In this document: piece after piece, positions 60,758-64,000 of the stretch
Layout of the letters: every line of letters starts with the position of its first letter
Numbering within the stretch: the stretch's first letter is position 1
Source: Chloroflexota bacterium
Lineage (GTDB): Bacteria > Chloroflexota > UBA11872 > VXNJ01
DNA: 64,000 nucleotides
Direction: 5' to 3'
Assembly: GCA_965218195.1 (NCBI GenBank)
Contig: OZ244593.1
Coordinates: forward strand, 1,204,873-1,268,872
Made by a program: the position numbers and the translations under genes
The notes under the pieces: model-generated
What the model was told of the DNA's origin: nothing
The model's database searches: none
Seen by the model: the letters and a program-made list of their open reading frames with translations, nothing else

Positions 60758-60902
60758 GTCATAAGGCTTCACCGGGTCAAGAACACTGTAATCGCGGTGT
60801 GAGGCTCCCCCGAAACGCCCCAGGCGAGCGGCGCGGGGCTATACTCGTTTGTTGCTACAACAGCGATCCAGAAGCAATTCCAGCATTCCCCAGGAGTAAT
60901 AG

Positions 60903-61325
60903 ATGACGCTAAATATCTATCTAAATTTCAACGGCAATTGCCGCGAGGTGTTCGAGTTTTACCGGTCGGTTTTCGGGGGCGAGTTCGAGATTCTGCAGAC
61001 ATTCGCCAACGGGCCGGACGACATGGAAGTCCCGGCGGACGAGCAGGAAAACATCATGCACGTGTCGTTCCCGATCGGTTCGAGCGTGCTCATGGGCAGC
61101 GACATGCCCTCCGGGTTCGGGCCTCCGGTGAAGATGGGCGACAACTTTTCGATCTCCTGCCATACGCAGAGCAGGGAAGAGACTGACGACCTGTTCGCCA
61201 AGATTTCTGACGGCGGCGCGGTTACGATGCCGCCCGCGGACATGTTTTGGGGGTCGTACTTCGGCTCCTGCACGGACAAGTTCGGCGTCAACTGGCAGTT
61301 CAACTACGATCTGCCGCAAGAGTAG
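60903..61325 (+). CDS. VOC/glyoxalase-superfamily protein (PhnB/YjdN-like).
   Basis: MTLNIYLNFNGNCREVFEFYRSVFGG... and C-terminal FWGSYFGSCTDKFGVNWQFNY are typical PhnB-like. 140 aa. Confidence 0.75.
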   Translation: MTLNIYLNFNGNCREVFEFYRSVFGGEFEILQTFANGPDDMEVPADEQENIMHVSFPIGSSVLMGSDMPSGFGPPVKMGDNFSISCHTQSREETDDLFAKISDGGAVTMPPADMFWGSYFGSCTDKFGVNWQFNYDLPQE

Positions 61326-61379
61326 TAGGCTTCCGACGCCGCTTTCAGTTGGAGCATGCTCCCAGCCTCCGGATTGCGG

Positions 61380-62000
61380 TCCGTTATCTGGGTCTGGATT
61401 CCCGTTTGCGCAGGGAGCGGTAATGCCGGGAGCCGGCGACGTGAAAAAGGCCGTTTTCAATGAATTTTTGAAAATTACCCTGTGAACTTTGAAAAAAGAG
61501 GTGTCGTTTGACGATGGGGGGAACGGGATGTATGGGGTCTCCACGTTCGCTCGATGTCTGGCTCCTTAGCTATTTGCGCCAAGGCTATCATCGGCTGATC
61601 GCGTACGACTAGGGGAGAGGGAGCGGTTCGCGAACCGCCCGAATGATGGGGTCTGGATTCCCGTTTTCACGGGAATGACGGTATGCGGCGTGCGCCCCTT
61701 CGACCCTTCGGCAAGCTCAGGGCGGGCAGGCTCAGGGGGCATGGAGTGGTGAAACCCGTACGTACGTAGTGAGCCGTTCTCTCCCGTGCGTGGTGAGCAC
61801 TTCGACAAAGCCTGTGCTGAGCCGTTCGACAAGCTCACGAGAGTCTTGCCGAAGTGCTAAGGGTGAACGGAGTGGCGACCCCGCCCGCGCATGGTGAGCC
61901 TTTCGAACCATGCACGGGCAGACGCCGCGCCACCACATCTGTCAACGAATTGGTTGACATCTACAATTTCGAGTGAGGGCGGTTCGCGAACTGCCCTTAC
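61380..62000. repeat. Repeat-rich 770-bp intergenic region. It contains two copies of the GGGCGGTTCGCGAAC(C/T)GCCC palindrome (61621-61640, 61977-61996) and an 18-bp direct repeat GGGTCTGGATTCCCGTTT (61390-61407, 61648-61667). It also has a hairpin ATTCCCG-ttttca-CGGGAAT and a ~25-bp direct repeat CG(T/C)GC(G/A)TGGTGAGC(A/C)(C/T)TTCGA (61782-61806, 61884-61908) with a third degenerate copy at ~61817.
   Basis: All repeats were read directly from the sequence. No convincing ORF covers the region. Confidence 0.7.
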
Positions 62001-62093
62001 GACGTCGCAACGACAAACGAGCTCCGAATTACGAAATAAGCCCGGATTCGCGAAATAGGAATATCCTTTGCATGGCAGCCGCGCCAGGGGCGC

Positions 62094-63089
62094 TTGCGGC
62101 TGGAACAATGGAAGGACGAGTCAAAGGTGGCGGTCTACGGAAAAACGGCACTGATAGGCACTGGTCTGGTAGGCCCGCAAATCGGGGTGGTGCTGGCGCA
62201 GGGATCGGCCGAGGTACGCGTGTTCGACATGAACGGGGAGGCTGTGGACCGCGCCCTTTCCGACATGCGCGGATACGTCGACGAGCTTTCCCGTCACGGG
62301 CTGCTTCTCGGAGGCGACGCCGACGAAGTCTACGCGCGCGTCGGACGGGCCGACAGCCTGGAGTCGGCCGTCGCGGGGACCGATATTATCGTCGAGGCGA
62401 TTTTCGAGAACGTGGAGGCCAAGCGAGCGCTTTTCAAGGAGCTTGGCGAAGTCGCCGATCCCGCTACCCCGATAGCCAGCAATACGTCGTCGATTCCGAT
62501 CAGGCACATGGCCGAGGTTTGCCGGCATCCCGCGCGCGTGGTGGGCAGTCACTTCGTGCTGCCGGCCCACATACTTCCGCTGGTTGAAGTGATAAAGCAT
62601 CCGAACGTGGACGAGGCCGTTATCGAGCGCGTGCGCGCCGGTTGGGAAGAGATGGGCAAGCAGCCCATCGTGGTGAACGTGGATATACCCGGCTTCGTGG
62701 CCAACAGGCTTCAGCATTCGCTCACGCGCCAGGCTATCGAGCTGCTGGCGACCGGCGTGGCCAGCGCCGAGGACATAGATAACGCCGTGCGCTTCGGATT
62801 CGGAACGAGATTCGTTTCCGTCGGCCCGCTCGGAGGCCGCGACCTCGGTGGAATCATCAATCATTCCAAAGTGGCCGCCTACCTCTACAAGGAGCTCGAC
62901 GGGAATGGCGATCTTGGCGCCGAGACTCTCGCCCGGATGGCCGAGCAGGGTCACGACGGAATAAAAACCCTGAAGGGCTTTTATGATTGGGAGGGCGATC
63001 CGGCGGAACTAAGAGATTTCCATTACGAGCAGATGATCGTCCAGACCAAGCGGGCGCTTGAGATCGGCTCGGTGAAGGTCAAGATCTGA
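62094..63089 (+). CDS. 3-hydroxyacyl-CoA dehydrogenase family protein (NAD-binding plus C-terminal domain).
   Basis: Divergent Rossmann N-terminus VAVYGKTALIGTGLVGPQIGVVLA, the C-terminal 3HCDH_N/3HCDH architecture, 331 aa. Confidence 0.6.
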   Translation: MRLEQWKDESKVAVYGKTALIGTGLVGPQIGVVLAQGSAEVRVFDMNGEAVDRALSDMRGYVDELSRHGLLLGGDADEVYARVGRADSLESAVAGTDIIVEAIFENVEAKRALFKELGEVADPATPIASNTSSIPIRHMAEVCRHPARVVGSHFVLPAHILPLVEVIKHPNVDEAVIERVRAGWEEMGKQPIVVNVDIPGFVANRLQHSLTRQAIELLATGVASAEDIDNAVRFGFGTRFVSVGPLGGRDLGGIINHSKVAAYLYKELDGNGDLGAETLARMAEQGHDGIKTLKGFYDWEGDPAELRDFHYEQMIVQTKRALEIGSVKVKI

Positions 63090-63157
63090 TCGGCAAGCGC
63101 GATTGGCTTTTGCCAGCGGCTCGTGAGGATTAGGACGTCAGGAATCGGGAGAAGCGA

Positions 63158-64000
63158 TTGAAAAGACAACCGTACGGAGGAACGGGTCACGACGTGACGC
63201 CCGTTGGGCTGGGCATGGTCGCGATTGGCAAATCGCCGCGCGTGACGTCGGACGAGCAGGCGGTTGAAGTCGTGCGAGCGACGTTCGAAGCCGGCATCAA
63301 CTTCATCGACACGGCCCCGTACTACGGCGAAGCGGAGCGTCGGCTTGGAATCGCGCTGAAGGAAATCGGTGACGACGCGCCCGACGATCTGTTTATCAAC
63401 ACAAAGGCGGGCTACCGGCCCGATCCGTTCGACTACTCTGAGGAACAGACGATCGCCTGCGTAGAGAAGAGCCTTGAACTGCTGGGGCTTGACCTGTTAC
63501 ACGCGGTGCACATTCACGACGTCGAGCGTTCCGATATGAAGACGGTCCTCAACGGGGCGTTGAAGGGCCTCCAAAAGCTCCAGGACCAGAGGCTTGTCGG
63601 ACATATAGGCGTCTCGGGCGGCCCGGTGGACCTGCTGACCCGGTACATAGATACGGGCGAGTTCGAAAGCGTAATAACTCATAATCGTTTCAGTCTTCTG
63701 GACCAGCCGGCGGCCTCGCTTATCGACCGGGCGAATGAGCTGGGCGTGGCGGTCATCAACGCCGCGCCGTTCGCTTCGGGAATCCTGGCGCGGCCGGCGA
63801 ATCTGGATACTCCGTACGTCTATCAGCCCGCTCCGCCGGAAGTCAGGGACCGGATCGAGCGCATTTCGGTGATTTGCCGGGAGTTCGGCGTCGAGCTTCC
63901 GGCCGCGGCGGTGGGGTTTTCGGTGGACAAAGAGAAGGTCGCGGTCACGATTCTCGGGGCGGCGGCTCCCGACGAAATCAAGTTGGCGGCGGCTGCGGCG
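63158..64000 (+). CDS. Aldo/keto reductase, 3'-partial (runs off the window end). The start is TTG 63158 or GTG 63191.
   Basis: Hand translation gives ...EAGINFIDTAPYYGEAERRLGIAL... and ...GHIGVSGGP..., canonical AKR motifs. No stop before position 64000. It is absent from the ORF track for that reason. Confidence 0.75.
   Translation, partial: MKRQPYGGTGHDVTPVGLGMVAIGKSPRVTSDEQAVEVVRATFEAGINFIDTAPYYGEAERRLGIALKEIGDDAPDDLFINTKAGYRPDPFDYSEEQTIACVEKSLELLGLDLLHAVHIHDVERSDMKTVLNGALKGLQKLQDQRLVGHIGVSGGPVDLLTRYIDTGEFESVITHNRFSLLDQPAASLIDRANELGVAVINAAPFASGILARPANLDTPYVYQPAPPEVRDRIERISVICREFGVELPAAAVGFSVDKEKVAVTILGAAAPDEIKLAAAAA

Overview
This is a high-GC (~65%) bacterial chromosomal segment; gene content loosely suggests a Chloroflexota/Thermomicrobia-like organism, but that is a guess. 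All calls are from reading the six-frame translations and the DNA by eye; no database search was possible.

Gene content, left to right:
- 1-6.5 kb, minus strand: a five-gene, translationally coupled glycan assembly operon wzm-wzt-GT2-GT4-methyltransferase of the ABC-transporter-dependent type.
- 6.7-10.5 kb: an MBL-fold hydrolase, pyrG and purA.
- 10.8-19 kb: a pyrimidine operon pyrR-pyrB-pyrC-carA-carB-pyrK, preceded by a PyrR-type RNA attenuator.
- 19-26.5 kb: a block inserted between pyrK and pyrD, carrying an EamA transporter, a GAF/HisKA_2 sensor kinase, a secreted trypsin-like protease fused to RCC1-like repeats with a tandem-duplicated novel N-terminal repeat, ftsZ and a parA-like gene.
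- 26.8-29.5 kb: pyrD, a divergent ychF homologue and comEA.
- 29.6-30.8 kb: a three-ORF antisense insert (DUF2335, a hypothetical protein, an HNH nuclease).
- 30.9-37.6 kb: comEC (probably frameshifted at a C7 run), proC, a GlcE/GlcF-like oxidase pair and rplY (L25/Ctc).
- 37.7-45.3 kb, minus strand: the most unusual block, mre11(sbcD)-rad50-like-nurA-unknown 201 aa-herA, a complete archaeal-type DNA end-resection gene set in a bacterium. The Rad50-like protein has no CXXC zinc hook.
- 45.3-50.3 kb: an epimerase, a Gfo/Idh/MocA pseudogene, a QueG/RdhA-family Fe-S protein, a cupin and an alpha/beta hydrolase.
- 50.3-56.5 kb: a second glycan cluster (gmd, a 928-aa polytopic membrane protein, a Wzx-like flippase, a DPM-like GT2).
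- 56.6-64 kb: a conserved hypothetical gene followed by selB, an MDR dehydrogenase, a HicB-like small ORF, a PhnB-like VOC protein, a repeat-rich 770-bp intergenic region, a 3-hydroxyacyl-CoA dehydrogenase and a partial aldo-keto reductase.

No rRNA, credible tRNA or CRISPR array was seen. A palindromic element GGGCGGTTCGCGAACCGCCC occurs three times in intergenic DNA.
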